A stretch of DNA of 64,000 bases, from the IMG/VR virus record IMGVR_UViG_3300032242_000738, positions 1 to 64,000 of that record. The stretch is one strand, 5' to 3'. The notes beneath the pieces are model-generated. The model was not told where the DNA came from. It did not search any database and worked only from the letters and a program-made list of their open reading frames with translations. The stretch is from a virus. The first letter of the stretch is position 1. Each line of letters opens with the position of its first letter. A program made the position numbers and the translations under genes. Shown here in pieces: positions 19,575-30,334 of this stretch.

Positions 19575-20033
19575 ATGAGTTACATTATTACTTGCTATAC
19601 ACTATTTGATATCACACCGACTGGCGTAGTGAATAGAAACCGTCCTGTAGTTGATGAAGAAATCACTGCATGGCTATATAAAAGAAATACACAATGTAAT
19701 TTTGATACTGTATTACAAGCTATATCATTACGCAGTCAACCTGAAATAGTTAGAATGCCTGAAAAAACACAAATACGTTTTGATGATTTTACAGACTTTG
19801 GCTTTCTATTTGAACAAGTAGAAGATGAATTATACAGTTGCTGGTCATTTGACTTTGAAATACAACATGCTAGTGTGTTTCATGATGGGACTAATGAATT
19901 AGGATCATTATATAGTGATTGTGATACAGTTCCTATGATTAAAACTGATACGGTTTGGGATAAACTTCCTGCATTTTTAGATACAAGTGATGAACTTAAG
20001 AATATATATTTTAAGGTAGTAAAATATGGTTAA
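19575..20033 (+). CDS. hypothetical protein
   Basis: TTAAATA box 6 nt upstream; TLFDIT.TG motif. Confidence 0.65.
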   Translation: MSYIITCYTLFDITPTGVVNRNRPVVDEEITAWLYKRNTQCNFDTVLQAISLRSQPEIVRMPEKTQIRFDDFTDFGFLFEQVEDELYSCWSFDFEIQHASVFHDGTNELGSLYSDCDTVPMIKTDTVWDKLPAFLDTSDELKNIYFKVVKYG

Positions 20034-20505
20034 ACGAACCAATCCAGAAAAGCAGTTAGAAAAACTGATGAAAACTGATTTTGTAGGAAATTTAGAAGAT
20101 GTTATCATTTTTCAAAATCCCGACAATAGCTATGAGTTATTCAACACATATCATATTGATAAAAATAAAGATAATGAATATGTTGTAAAATTACATACAA
20201 CATTCACTACTCATAATTTTAACATACTTAAACATGCTGTGGCCTGGTGTACATTTGACAAAAGAAACATGATATCTCAAGCAAATAGAATATTAAAATT
20301 GGATAATTTATTAGCAGGATTGGATGTGGATATATCCATACATAGTAAAATCTTCAAAAATTCTAAAAATAGTGAGGATCGGTTGATCGTTCTAGCCAAA
20401 TTAAGTGAAGATAAACTGAAAAAACGACAGATTACACAAGAATTAAACATGTATATTAATGATTCTAAGAGATGGCAAAATAATAGATTTAACACAAAAC
20501 CTTAA
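20026..20505 (+). CDS. hypothetical protein
   Basis: 159-aa coupled ORF. Confidence 0.65.
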   Translation: MVKRTNPEKQLEKLMKTDFVGNLEDVIIFQNPDNSYELFNTYHIDKNKDNEYVVKLHTTFTTHNFNILKHAVAWCTFDKRNMISQANRILKLDNLLAGLDVDISIHSKIFKNSKNSEDRLIVLAKLSEDKLKKRQITQELNMYINDSKRWQNNRFNTKP

Positions 20506-20554
20506 CAATAATACAAAAAAGATAAATACTTTATATTAGTCTTGGAATATAACT

Positions 20555-21289
20555 ATGAAACTAACTGAATTTGACAACAAAAAAATATCAACTGCCGCTA
20601 AAGCGTTGAATGAACACTATTCTCTTCCGTTCAATACAAAGAGAATGACCGTTACGGAAACTAAGTCTATGCTTAGTAAAGTTCGTGGATTGATTAATGA
20701 AACTAAATCATCTGCTGAATTTTATCAAAGCCAGACTAGTCCATCATACATGAAACTAGTGTTTATGGAACAAGCATTAGCTGACCATTTTAGCTACTTA
20801 CAGTCACTACCTAAAACACGTATCGTTATTGAGAACGAAGAAGTTGAGAAGTCACAGGTTGTTCTTGCAGCCCAAGACATGGTAGACCAAGTACAGAAGA
20901 TGGTTGAAGAAGTATCTGATATGCTAGTAAAAGAATTACCAGCATTGACATCTGGTGTACAAAGCGAGATTGGTGTTAACGAAAGTGAATCTTTCAATCA
21001 ACAAGTTACTGAAGCATTAACTTCATTACAAGCCGCATTGACACAAAGTAAGGGAACATTGCAATCTGCATTGAACGGTATTACTGGTCAGGGTGGTGAC
21101 ATGATGGGTGGCAATACAGCAGATGATGCATTTGGTGATGACGGTGATGTATCTGCCGATTTAGATATGGACATGTCTGGTGATCTAGCCGGTGACGGTG
21201 AAGATGATTTCAGTGTTGATGATGACATTTCTGTTGAAGAACCAGAAGAAGAAGTTCCTGTAGCTGGTGCTGGCCGCGCAAAGAGATAA
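20555..21289 (+). CDS. probable prohead core/scaffold-type protein
   Basis: Late box 20521; MKLTEF start; helical with acidic tail. Confidence 0.55.
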   Translation: MKLTEFDNKKISTAAKALNEHYSLPFNTKRMTVTETKSMLSKVRGLINETKSSAEFYQSQTSPSYMKLVFMEQALADHFSYLQSLPKTRIVIENEEVEKSQVVLAAQDMVDQVQKMVEEVSDMLVKELPALTSGVQSEIGVNESESFNQQVTEALTSLQAALTQSKGTLQSALNGITGQGGDMMGGNTADDAFGDDGDVSADLDMDMSGDLAGDGEDDFSVDDDISVEEPEEEVPVAGAGRAKR

Positions 21290-21612
21290 TGCGTTTATTT
21301 GAACTATCTAATCCAAACCCACTATTAGTAAGATTAGTTGCTGTAACAAGTCAGTTAACTAGTGATATTGATAGTGGTGTTGAGCATTCGGATTGGACAG
21401 TTGATGAATTATTAAACTATTACAAAGATAATGATATCATATTAGCCAAAGATGATTTGTATGATATGATTAAAAAACCACCATTGAAGAATAAAATCTC
21501 AAACATTCAAGGTGATAAGGTTATATTTAAAGGGCAAGAAACACCAGTTGAGCCTGAAATAGATGATAGTAAAAAAGTTGTCAAGCAAATGGCACAAAAA
21601 GCAATGAAGTAA
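21289..21612 (+). CDS. hypothetical late protein
   Basis: MRLFEL start, coupled. Confidence 0.65.
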   Translation: MRLFELSNPNPLLVRLVAVTSQLTSDIDSGVEHSDWTVDELLNYYKDNDIILAKDDLYDMIKKPPLKNKISNIQGDKVIFKGQETPVEPEIDDSKKVVKQMAQKAMK

Positions 21613-21613
21613 G

Positions 21614-21940
21614 ATGATTACGATCACCGAAAAAGCTTCCAATAAAATAAAACAAATAATAACAAAACGTGGTAAGGGTCTAGGAATACGAATAGGCGTC
21701 AAGACCACAGGTTGTAGTGGTTTGGCATATGTATTAGAATATGTTGATGAATATAGTTATGATGAATCTACCATAAATTATGCACAAGATACATTTATTG
21801 TGTTAGTGGATAAGAAGCATGATGTATATTTAAAGAACATGATTGTAGATTATGTGCGTAATGGACTAAATGAAGGTTTTGAGTTCAGCAACCCAAATGA
21901 ACGTGACCGATGTGGTTGCGGAGAGAGCTTTAGAGTTTAA
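21614..21940 (+). CDS. iscA: A-type Fe-S cluster carrier IscA (auxiliary metabolic gene)
   Basis: TTGCSGLAY and CGCGESF. Confidence 0.92.
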   Translation: MITITEKASNKIKQIITKRGKGLGIRIGVKTTGCSGLAYVLEYVDEYSYDESTINYAQDTFIVLVDKKHDVYLKNMIVDYVRNGLNEGFEFSNPNERDRCGCGESFRV

Positions 21941-21984
21941 CCTAAATACTTGTATTGTGTTATATAATATATTATAATAGCTAA

Positions 21985-22671
21985 ATGTACATTCCAAACA
22001 AATATAACTATGTCCCTATGAGCCGTGTAGAAATTGACGGCAAACGCAGATATGCTACACCAGATGGCGAAAAACTCCCTAGTGTTACAACTATTTTAGA
22101 TGCTACTAAAAGCGAAGAATCTAAGAAAGCATTACACGAATGGCGGAAACGTGTCGGTGTTCAGAAAGCACAAGAAATCACTACAGAAGCCGCAGGACGT
22201 GGAACACGTATGCACAAGTGGCTTGAGAACTATATTAAAACAGGAGAAACAGGTGAGCCCGGAAGCAATCCGTATAGCATCCAAAGCCATAAAATGGCAC
22301 AATCTATCATTAGTCAAGGTCTTGTCAAATGTAATGAATACTGGGGCACAGAAGTTCCCCTTTACTACCCTAAAGTATATGCCGGAACAACTGACTTGGT
22401 TGGCGTACATGATGGTATTCCTGCTATCATGGATCACAAACAGTCTAACAAACTAAAAAAGCGTGAGTGGATTGAAGATTACTTTGTTCAATTAGCCGCA
22501 TATGCTAATGCACACAATGAAGTACATGGTACGAATATCCGTAAAGGTGTTATTTTTATGTGTACAGCAGACAATGTATATCAGGAATTCATTATTGAAG
22601 GTAATGAATTTGATAGTTGGACTGATCGTTGGTTCAAGCGTGTTGAGAAGTATTACGAACAGTTCTTGTAA
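21985..22671 (+). CDS. PD-(D/E)XK exonuclease
   Basis: LPSVTTIL, RGTRMH, E...YAGTTDL, DHK, QLAAY. Confidence 0.85.
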   Translation: MYIPNKYNYVPMSRVEIDGKRRYATPDGEKLPSVTTILDATKSEESKKALHEWRKRVGVQKAQEITTEAAGRGTRMHKWLENYIKTGETGEPGSNPYSIQSHKMAQSIISQGLVKCNEYWGTEVPLYYPKVYAGTTDLVGVHDGIPAIMDHKQSNKLKKREWIEDYFVQLAAYANAHNEVHGTNIRKGVIFMCTADNVYQEFIIEGNEFDSWTDRWFKRVEKYYEQFL

Positions 22672-22715
22672 GAAATAATGATAAATAAGTATAAATCTAT
22701 TAAAGAATTATACTT

Positions 22716-24542
22716 ATGGCCATTATACAGATATCTAAAATCCAACAACGTTCAGGTAACCTTGTAGACCTGCCACAATTAGACCAAGCTCAATTGGGCT
22801 GGGCCAATGATGCTAAACGTCTTTTTATAGGAACTACTAGTCCTAATCCAAATGAAAATGTTGAAGTATTAACAGCATATTCAACTATTACCTTTAGTCA
22901 AATTTCAGGTGGTGAGGGTAATTTAAACATCTCTAATTCTCAGAATGGGCAAATATTAACTTATGTTAGTAGTACCGATACCTGGGAAAACTATACAGGA
23001 AATTCTGTCCAACTAGGTGGACATAAACTTCAGCTTGGTAATGTAGCAAATATATCCATGACCGGTGGTGCCATTGGATATGTATTAGAAACAGACGGAT
23101 TGGGTAATCTAAGTTGGACATCTAAATCAACAATTACTGCATATATCAGTGCAGTATCAAAAGCTAATCCTGGGGTAGTAACTACCACAGTTCCTAATTT
23201 CTTTACAGCCGGTGCATTAGTAACCATTACCGATGTTGTTGGTATGACTCAGCTTAATGGTAACAGTTATTATGCGAAGATATTAACATCTAATACGTTC
23301 TCATTATATTCTGATTCTGGGTTAACTACGCCGGTTGATACAAGTGGCTATACTACATATACTAGTGGTGGTAGAGTAATTTCTTCAGTAGGAGGATCTG
23401 GATCAAGTGCGGCAGCTGGTAGTAATACCACAGTACAATTTAATGATAACAATGTTCTTCAAGGTAGTGCAGGATTTACCTTTAATAAACTATCAGGAGT
23501 TTTAACAGCACCAAATCTTGCAGGTGATGGCGGTAGATTATCAAATATTGCTGGTGCTAATATTACAGGTTCAATACCTCTTGCTACATATGCAACAACT
23601 GCAAATAGTGTAGCTGGTGCTAATGTTTCAGGTGCAGTAGCATACGCAACAACAGCTAATAATGTAGCCGGTGCTAATGTGTCAGGTCAAGTCAGTTATG
23701 CGGCTGTAGCCAATAGTGTAGCAGGAGCCAATGTTTCAGGTACAGTAGGTCTTGCTACATATGCAACAACTGCAAATAGTGTTGCTGGCGCTAATATAAG
23801 CGGCGCTGTAGGTCTTGCTACATATGCGACAACAGCTAATAGTGTAGCCGGTGCTAATGTTTCTGGTGCAGTCAGTTATGCAACAACAGCTAATAGTGTA
23901 GCAGGTGCTAATGTTTCTGGTGCAGTTAGTTATGCAACAACCGCTAATAGTGTAGCAGGTGCGAATGTAAGTGGTACTGTAAGTAGTGCAACTACAGCAG
24001 GTACTGTAACAACCGCGGCACAGCCAAATATCACAAGTGTTGGTACATTAACTTCATTAAATGTAAGTGGTCAAATAACGAATAATAATATTACAACGGG
24101 TGCTAGTTCAACACCGGGCAATCTTACTGGTGCTTGGACATTAAGTAGCGGTTCAACACTACAAGCCACATATGCTGACTTAGCAGAATATTATGAATCT
24201 GATAATATCTATGAACCAGGTACTGTATTAGCATTTGGTGGTGATAAAGAAGTTACCATAGCAGAAGATGCCACTACAAAAGTTGCAGGTATTGTTTCTA
24301 CCAATCCAGCATATGTAATGAATAGTGCATGTGAAGGTGAACATATTGTAGCATTAGCATTACAAGGTCGTGTTCCGTGTAAAGTACGTGGAAATATTAA
24401 AAAGGGTGATATGTTAATAAGTGCAGGATATGGCTTTGCTCGTCCAGCATCATTCCCTGTATTGGGTACAGTCATCGGTAAATCATTAGAAAACTTTGAT
24501 GGTGTAGAAGGTATCATTGAAGTAGCAGTCGGCAGACTTTAA
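22716..24542 (+). CDS. tail fibre/spike-like protein with C-terminal autoproteolytic chaperone (peptidase G2-like) domain
   Basis: N-terminal IQQRSG..LPQL..LGW, 18-21 aa YATTANSVAGANVSG repeats, YADLAEYY...GRVPCKV...IGKSL. Confidence 0.75.
   Translation: MAIIQISKIQQRSGNLVDLPQLDQAQLGWANDAKRLFIGTTSPNPNENVEVLTAYSTITFSQISGGEGNLNISNSQNGQILTYVSSTDTWENYTGNSVQLGGHKLQLGNVANISMTGGAIGYVLETDGLGNLSWTSKSTITAYISAVSKANPGVVTTTVPNFFTAGALVTITDVVGMTQLNGNSYYAKILTSNTFSLYSDSGLTTPVDTSGYTTYTSGGRVISSVGGSGSSAAAGSNTTVQFNDNNVLQGSAGFTFNKLSGVLTAPNLAGDGGRLSNIAGANITGSIPLATYATTANSVAGANVSGAVAYATTANNVAGANVSGQVSYAAVANSVAGANVSGTVGLATYATTANSVAGANISGAVGLATYATTANSVAGANVSGAVSYATTANSVAGANVSGAVSYATTANSVAGANVSGTVSSATTAGTVTTAAQPNITSVGTLTSLNVSGQITNNNITTGASSTPGNLTGAWTLSSGSTLQATYADLAEYYESDNIYEPGTVLAFGGDKEVTIAEDATTKVAGIVSTNPAYVMNSACEGEHIVALALQGRVPCKVRGNIKKGDMLISAGYGFARPASFPVLGTVIGKSLENFDGVEGIIEVAVGRL
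23578..23980 (+). repeat. tandem coding repeats YATTANSVAGANVSGAV
   Basis: About seven 54-63 bp units. Confidence 0.85.
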
Positions 24543-24559
24543 AATAATAGGAAAATAAA

Positions 24560-24847
24560 ATGGCATCAACAATTTACACAGCAAACGGCACCAGTCAACG
24601 TACATCAGCTAGTACTACAGACAAAGTTCGTATTGCTACTACAACATCAGCAATTGCAATATCTTCAGGCAATTCAAGTGTTACTACTGATTTAACAAAC
24701 GGTACAATTATACCAGCAAATACAGTAAACAACAACTTTTTAGTTGGTCAAGGTAATTACATTGCTTATATTAATGTAGCCGGAACAGCAGGTGCATTCA
24801 GTATTAGCACATTGGGGGCAAATCACGCTAATACAGGTACTCAATAA
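24560..24847 (+). CDS. small probable structural protein
   Basis: T/S/A-rich, SD AGGA. Confidence 0.6.
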   Translation: MASTIYTANGTSQRTSASTTDKVRIATTTSAIAISSGNSSVTTDLTNGTIIPANTVNNNFLVGQGNYIAYINVAGTAGAFSISTLGANHANTGTQ

Positions 24848-24874
24848 TAGAGTTTTAAGATAAATATATAATAC

Positions 24875-24930
24875 ACTTGCATTCGGCAAGTTTATGCAGT
24901 AACCCACTGCGTAGCGTCTAGAACACGCTA
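24875..24930 (+). promoter_or_regulatory. structured 5' leader with three hairpins
   Basis: acttgc/gcaagt, atgcagt/actgcgt, tagcgt/acgcta between late box 24859 and SD. Confidence 0.55.
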
Positions 24931-24950
24931 ATTTTATAAAGGAAAATCAA

Positions 24951-26345
24951 ATGGGACGTCCTCTAAAAATCGCAAAGGCTCAAGCAGTCTTAACAATTAC
25001 TGATACAGCACAAACAGGCAGTATCGTTACAATATCAGGTGGTAATCTAACAACTAACCCAACTGTTGGTGTAGCAGAAGGTATGAAATTTGTAGTTGCA
25101 ACTACAGTTGGTGGTTTAGTTGCTGGCACAACATATTATGTTAATGTAGTATTATCAAATACTACATTTAGTGTTTCAGCTACACAAAAAAGTGTACAAC
25201 CGCAAGTTATGGCACCGATGACAGATACCACTGGTCAATCTGTTAGTGCAACATTTAATGGTGTTGATTCATATTTTAACAATCCAGTATCTGGTACAGG
25301 TTATCCAGCAACAAATACAGCAACATACGGTGTAGTTGGTGGAAATACTGCTATCTACGGTAAGCAAGTATTATGTAATGTAGCATTTGGTGTTCAGGGT
25401 ACAGGTACTGTATTCGCAAGCACAAGTAGCAACAATGTAGTTGGTCTTGGTACTGACTTTGCTAACGTAGCTACAGGTTCAATATTATTTGCTCAATGGG
25501 GTAATGACCCAAATGTAGCAATGTTATTAGGTACTACAACTAGTACTAAGGGTAATTTGAGTGTAGTTGTTGCTAACACAACAGTATCAGGTAGTATCAT
25601 TGGTACTTCTGGAAATGCACAAACATTGACAGTAAATACTCCAGTAGTGTTTGATTCTACATTTGGTAGTTTGACAGCAGGTACAACATACTTTGTTAAG
25701 ACTATTGCTAATGCAGCCGCATTTACTGTTTCTACTACACCTGGTGGTGCAGTAAAAACATTGACAGCAAATGCTAGTGTTACTGGTAACGCAATTCAGA
25801 ACCGTGTTGTATTAGGTGCTGTATCAGCAAATAACGCAACTGGTGCTACTAGTTATGGTGATCCATTCGTTCAAGCATTACCAGAAGCAGGTTATATTGT
25901 TCGTCAAAAAGGCAAAACAAAGTATTTGGTAACAGGTACAGTTACAGGTTTGACAGGTGCAGTATATACAGCTAATGTTGCTAACACAGCATTAACACCA
26001 AACACAATGAGTATTATTGCTACTAATGCAGCCTCTGGTACACAATATGTTTCAAGTGTAAATGACTATCAAACAGAATTGTTCCCAACAACAGTTGCCC
26101 CAGGAGCATTAAGTGTAGGTACATTGTATACAATTTATCAATCAGGAACAACAGATTGGACAGCATGTGGTGCAGCAAGTAACTTAACAGGTGTTACATT
26201 TACTGCTACTGCTACAGGTAGTGGTACAGGTCTTGCAGTATTGAATACAGTTAATCCTGATGTGATTTCTTCATTCAATGCGGCTGCCGCAGCTAATGCT
26301 AACCCAGGTCAGCCTAACCCAATCGTAACTATTGCTAATGCTTAA
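24951..26345 (+). CDS. probable virion structural protein
   Basis: MGRPLK start, two GGLVAGTTYYV-type beta domains, GYIVRQKG. Confidence 0.65.
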   Translation: MGRPLKIAKAQAVLTITDTAQTGSIVTISGGNLTTNPTVGVAEGMKFVVATTVGGLVAGTTYYVNVVLSNTTFSVSATQKSVQPQVMAPMTDTTGQSVSATFNGVDSYFNNPVSGTGYPATNTATYGVVGGNTAIYGKQVLCNVAFGVQGTGTVFASTSSNNVVGLGTDFANVATGSILFAQWGNDPNVAMLLGTTTSTKGNLSVVVANTTVSGSIIGTSGNAQTLTVNTPVVFDSTFGSLTAGTTYFVKTIANAAAFTVSTTPGGAVKTLTANASVTGNAIQNRVVLGAVSANNATGATSYGDPFVQALPEAGYIVRQKGKTKYLVTGTVTGLTGAVYTANVANTALTPNTMSIIATNAASGTQYVSSVNDYQTELFPTTVAPGALSVGTLYTIYQSGTTDWTACGAASNLTGVTFTATATGSGTGLAVLNTVNPDVISSFNAAAAANANPGQPNPIVTIANA

Positions 26346-26347
26346 TC

Positions 26348-26659
26348 ATGTCACGAACTATTAATATGCCAGCACAGACTACAAAAACTGATATCGCTGT
26401 ACTTCAAGTTCAAGTTAAAAACATTGAACAAGATGTCAGCGAGATCAAAAGTAGTCTTAAAGAGATGCATGAATGTCTTGACCGTAACGCACATGAAACA
26501 AGAGAAATGTTGAAAGAAATGCGTGAGGAAGATATTAAGGCACACAAAGAACTAGGATCAAAAGTCTCTGCATTAGAAAAGTGGAGATGGATGATGATGG
26601 GTGCAGGCGTAGTAATAGGGTCATTAGGTTTTGATACATTAGCAAAACTACTGAAATAA
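26348..26659 (+). CDS. coiled-coil plus C-terminal transmembrane protein (holin-like)
   Basis: LEKWRWMMMGAGVVIG hydrophobic tail. Confidence 0.5.
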   Translation: MSRTINMPAQTTKTDIAVLQVQVKNIEQDVSEIKSSLKEMHECLDRNAHETREMLKEMREEDIKAHKELGSKVSALEKWRWMMMGAGVVIGSLGFDTLAKLLK

Positions 26660-26684
26660 AAAAACGGTCTTAGGACCGTTTTTT
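26658..26684. terminator. bidirectional terminator between convergent genes
   Basis: A-run cggtc-ttag-gaccg T-run. Confidence 0.8.
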
Positions 26685-27086
26685 CGTAAGTGCTTTTAAT
26701 TTCTTCTGTACAACATCAAAGTTTACTGTACTAAATAACCCAGGATGTAATGGTTTAGGATATTGATTGTCCCCTACCCAAGCATACCCGCAATGTTCAT
26801 AGTTTAATAACGGGATAAATTCTTCATCTATTGCACAAAAGAATGTATGATATGTAAATGTGTTATTGACAAATTTTTGTATTGGAACTAGTTTTGGATT
26901 TTTAGGAAAGTATCCAATTTCTTCATTACATTCTCTAGCGATACCAACTAATAATGTCTCGCCGTTTTCTATTTTACCACCTGGTATACCCCAGTTACCC
27001 GGATTTTTATTGTCCGTTCTAAGTAGGTATAAGAATCGTTGTGTTTTTTTAGCGTAAAAGAATACGCCTGCGGATATATTTGACAT
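26670..27086 (-). CDS. Nudix hydrolase
   Basis: WGIPGGKIENGETLLVGIARECNEEIG Nudix box. Confidence 0.9.
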   Translation of the reverse strand: MSNISAGVFFYAKKTQRFLYLLRTDNKNPGNWGIPGGKIENGETLLVGIARECNEEIGYFPKNPKLVPIQKFVNNTFTYHTFFCAIDEEFIPLLNYEHCGYAWVGDNQYPKPLHPGLFSTVNFDVVQKKLKALTKKRS

Positions 27087-27114
27087 ATGCTAATATATTA
27101 TAGCATAAAGTAAA

Positions 27115-28491
27115 TCAGATTACAATACTATAATCGCCCTGGCCATACCAGCCTTCCCAACTTTTCATCCAAGCTCCTTCGGTATTAACGTAACGATATT
27201 GTACGGTTGTTGTTAAATTGGTAACATATTCTACTGTAGTGGCTGTTGCGCTATCAAATGACACAAACCATTCACCAGTACCACTATCATATTCAATAAT
27301 GTCATTAGCATATGCTATAACATTTCCCCATGCTATGGTTGAATCACCTGTACTACCGATATGATCTACTATAAGATATCTCATACCATTTTCGGCTGGA
27401 GGTAACCCTGCATTTGGTCCTGTGACTAATGGGTTAATCACGCTGTCTACAGGAGCCAATGTATTTTGAGGCAGGGTATCTGGGTCAATATCATATATCA
27501 ATAATCTATCATCAACTGGGTCAGGTACAATCGTACCCACAATCTCTGTATTCATATATGGATTTTGTAACCATATCTGACTAATACCCGGTCTTAATGT
27601 ACCATATACATTTAATAAACTACTCCAATATAAACTTGTATTAGGGTTAGGAGGTAATTCTAAATCTTCATTGTTTGGATAGAAATCCTGATCAGCTGGT
27701 AATAATTGTAAACTATTACCTATTAGTAATAACTTATATCCATATGGTGTAATCTTTTGTCTAGTACCTAATAACAAATCATCATTCTGTATATCATCAA
27801 GTGCCTTACCAGAAAATATACTTGCAATAATCTTTTCAATAACACCCATCTTTTTAAGTTTAGCCGCATTGCTAATCCATATAGGCATATAGAATTTCCA
27901 ACTCATTACATCAATTGGATTTTGTGTACCTTGTGGTATACTACGACTACTAAATGTTAATCCATCTTGATATACAACGCTTAAACTTGTCCAATCAATA
28001 AAGTTATCAGTACTTTGTATTTCTAAAGATGGATTGAATAATGTACCTAGTTGTTCTATCAATTGTAATTTTTGATTATAATTAGTTGTCCAAAAATCTA
28101 CACTAATACGTAATGTATAGGGCACTGGCATTAATCGTTCTACTGTAAATGCTTGTCCTTGTACTGATTCATAACTTTGTGTTTCACTATTATATGTACG
28201 TTGACGAACTTGAATCTTATCAATAAATGTAGGATCTTGTGTACGTCTTTGATCGTATTCTAAACCAGTAATGTAATAGGTAATTAGTGGGGCACTAGGT
28301 GTATTGCTAGCACTGTTATTAGCAATAATTGTAGCAGCCTGTCTACTACTATCGCCATACATAACTGGTACACGTACAAGTATTTCATTACCGTTAGGAT
28401 CTTTACCTTTAGTAACATACCAATTACTAAAGATTTTTCCAAATTGAATTAGAAATCTGCGTACCTGATTATCATAGAAAAATTGTGCCAT
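27115..28491 (-). CDS. gp15: tail sheath stabiliser/terminator (gp15-like) with C-terminal extension
   Basis: FFYD.QVRRFLIQF..IFSN, VPVMYG, PVPY, EQ...LFNP. Confidence 0.7.
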   Translation of the reverse strand: MAQFFYDNQVRRFLIQFGKIFSNWYVTKGKDPNGNEILVRVPVMYGDSSRQAATIIANNSASNTPSAPLITYYITGLEYDQRRTQDPTFIDKIQVRQRTYNSETQSYESVQGQAFTVERLMPVPYTLRISVDFWTTNYNQKLQLIEQLGTLFNPSLEIQSTDNFIDWTSLSVVYQDGLTFSSRSIPQGTQNPIDVMSWKFYMPIWISNAAKLKKMGVIEKIIASIFSGKALDDIQNDDLLLGTRQKITPYGYKLLLIGNSLQLLPADQDFYPNNEDLELPPNPNTSLYWSSLLNVYGTLRPGISQIWLQNPYMNTEIVGTIVPDPVDDRLLIYDIDPDTLPQNTLAPVDSVINPLVTGPNAGLPPAENGMRYLIVDHIGSTGDSTIAWGNVIAYANDIIEYDSGTGEWFVSFDSATATTVEYVTNLTTTVQYRYVNTEGAWMKSWEGWYGQGDYSIVI

Positions 28492-30210
28492 TTAAATTAC
28501 CGGTGGTATTGAATTTGGTGATAATGTTAAGATAGTTGACAGACCTTGTTTCTGAGGTATAGTTGTTCCATCTGTAGTTATTGTCACATTGCTGTTATTT
28601 ATGAAGCTAGATTGTTGTGACAAATCTCCTTCAGTGAATCCTGTTTGTGTTCTTACATTCTTAGATATACGAACCCATATTCTACCGTCCCAGCGATAGA
28701 GAATTTGTGGTAGATAATCTGTACGTAAGAAATATGCACCTACTTGTGGGTTTTGCGGGAAACTTATTCCTGCACCAGTTGGGAATCCATTTGGCGCTTC
28801 GCCTGTACCATCTAAGTATCCTGTGGTATATCCAAAGCTTCTTGGGCTACTACGTGCAATGAATTGGAATCTTGGATCACAATCAGCACGATAGTCCATA
28901 GTATCTGGACCATATGGTTGTGTACCTGTAAAGCCCGGAGCTACTGGATTTTGATCTGCAGTGGCATATGTATTATCTGCTGTACCATATGGACCAGTGA
29001 CCGGACCTGTCGGCAATGCCGTTAATACTATTTCTCCTTGTACAGGACCAGATCCATTACCTATAAGTGTTGGTGCAATTGTTGTTGTTTCTAAGTTTAC
29101 TTGCCTACTATTTTGTAATGGCTCAATAAACATATCTATTGTCATGTCCCAAATACTTTGTACAGTTGATTTTGGAATACGTAATACTGGACTTGGGTTT
29201 TTATATTTAGGGTTATGAACCATTGCAACAGAGGCTCTGGCTACAACCGGTGCACCATTATTATTGGCTATAACATTTACTGGTGGTGCAGGTTGATTAT
29301 ATTTACCTGATAGTTCAGTATTAGTTTCAAATGTACCATAAGTAGGAACAATATATAATTTACTCTTATCATAACCTGATTTAGGTACTAATCTATTAGC
29401 TTCTTCAATAATAGAATTATTGATTTGTAGATTTTTATTATATGTAGCAAGAATATCTTTAAGATTTTGATTAGGATCAAGTTCCCAGAAAGTATCATTA
29501 GGTGGTATAATACCAATTGGTACATCCTGTTTAGCTAGATAATTCTTATCACCATATGTAATAACATAACCAGCTGGATATGTTTTATTAGCTTCCCATA
29601 ATCCAAGATAATTATCTGTGTTAATTGGTTGTTCTAATATCTGACTAAATTCTTGGCTATCAACTAATGGTTCACATTTAATACGCCATAAATGCGGATA
29701 CCAAGTTGGGCTAAATCCTTCACTTGCAAAATTACCATCAGTAATTTGATAAAATCTTTTTAATGCAACTGGTATAGTTTCTTTTAATGGATTATAATCT
29801 AGTAGATGAGGTAATTCTAATACATCACCTACCATTAACTTACGACCAACTAAATCAATCATATCATTATAATGAACGGTAATAAAGATAATGTCATTGT
29901 TTAAGAATAATCCAAATTGACTTAAATCAAAATCTAAATTCTGTACATTATAATGTCCACGTAATCTATAAATACTGGTATCATATGTTCTATCTCTATT
30001 TTCTAAAAACAATAAATCTTGTATATTAGTAGGATCTAACGCATCATATTGTGGTTGAGTATAATCAATACTAGGACCTTGATTAGTTGGTCCTAAATAT
30101 TTGTGTATATATAAATCAGTTGCGCCAACAGTAAACATCTCTGATATTGTTCTATCAAAGAAACGATAATCATTTGATTTCGTGGGGTGATATAATGAGA
30201 GTCTAGGCAT
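28492..30210 (-). CDS. gp14: neck protein (gp14-like) with extensions
   Basis: QDLLFLENRDR.YD, DLSQFGLF, GDVLELP. Confidence 0.6.
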   Translation of the reverse strand: MPRLSLYHPTKSNDYRFFDRTISEMFTVGATDLYIHKYLGPTNQGPSIDYTQPQYDALDPTNIQDLLFLENRDRTYDTSIYRLRGHYNVQNLDFDLSQFGLFLNNDIIFITVHYNDMIDLVGRKLMVGDVLELPHLLDYNPLKETIPVALKRFYQITDGNFASEGFSPTWYPHLWRIKCEPLVDSQEFSQILEQPINTDNYLGLWEANKTYPAGYVITYGDKNYLAKQDVPIGIIPPNDTFWELDPNQNLKDILATYNKNLQINNSIIEEANRLVPKSGYDKSKLYIVPTYGTFETNTELSGKYNQPAPPVNVIANNNGAPVVARASVAMVHNPKYKNPSPVLRIPKSTVQSIWDMTIDMFIEPLQNSRQVNLETTTIAPTLIGNGSGPVQGEIVLTALPTGPVTGPYGTADNTYATADQNPVAPGFTGTQPYGPDTMDYRADCDPRFQFIARSSPRSFGYTTGYLDGTGEAPNGFPTGAGISFPQNPQVGAYFLRTDYLPQILYRWDGRIWVRISKNVRTQTGFTEGDLSQQSSFINNSNVTITTDGTTIPQKQGLSTILTLSPNSIPPVI

Positions 30211-30273
30211 ATCTATTATTTATCGTTTATCCATTGCCCGTCAAATACATGTAAATTTGGGTCAATAGAAAAG

Positions 30274-30302
30274 TTGACAATAAACTAAACATATGCTATA
30301 AT
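30274..30302 (+). promoter_or_regulatory. sigma70-type early promoter
   Basis: TTGACA-17-TATAAT with TG; shares TTGACAATAAA with the cassette promoters. Confidence 0.85.
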
Positions 30303-30334
30303 ACACAAATGAAGTACAATTCTAGGAGAAACTA

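Noticed and set aside
21985-22671. Cas4 of a CRISPR system
   Set aside because: Lacks the four-Cys Fe-S pattern; typical phage exonuclease; no array
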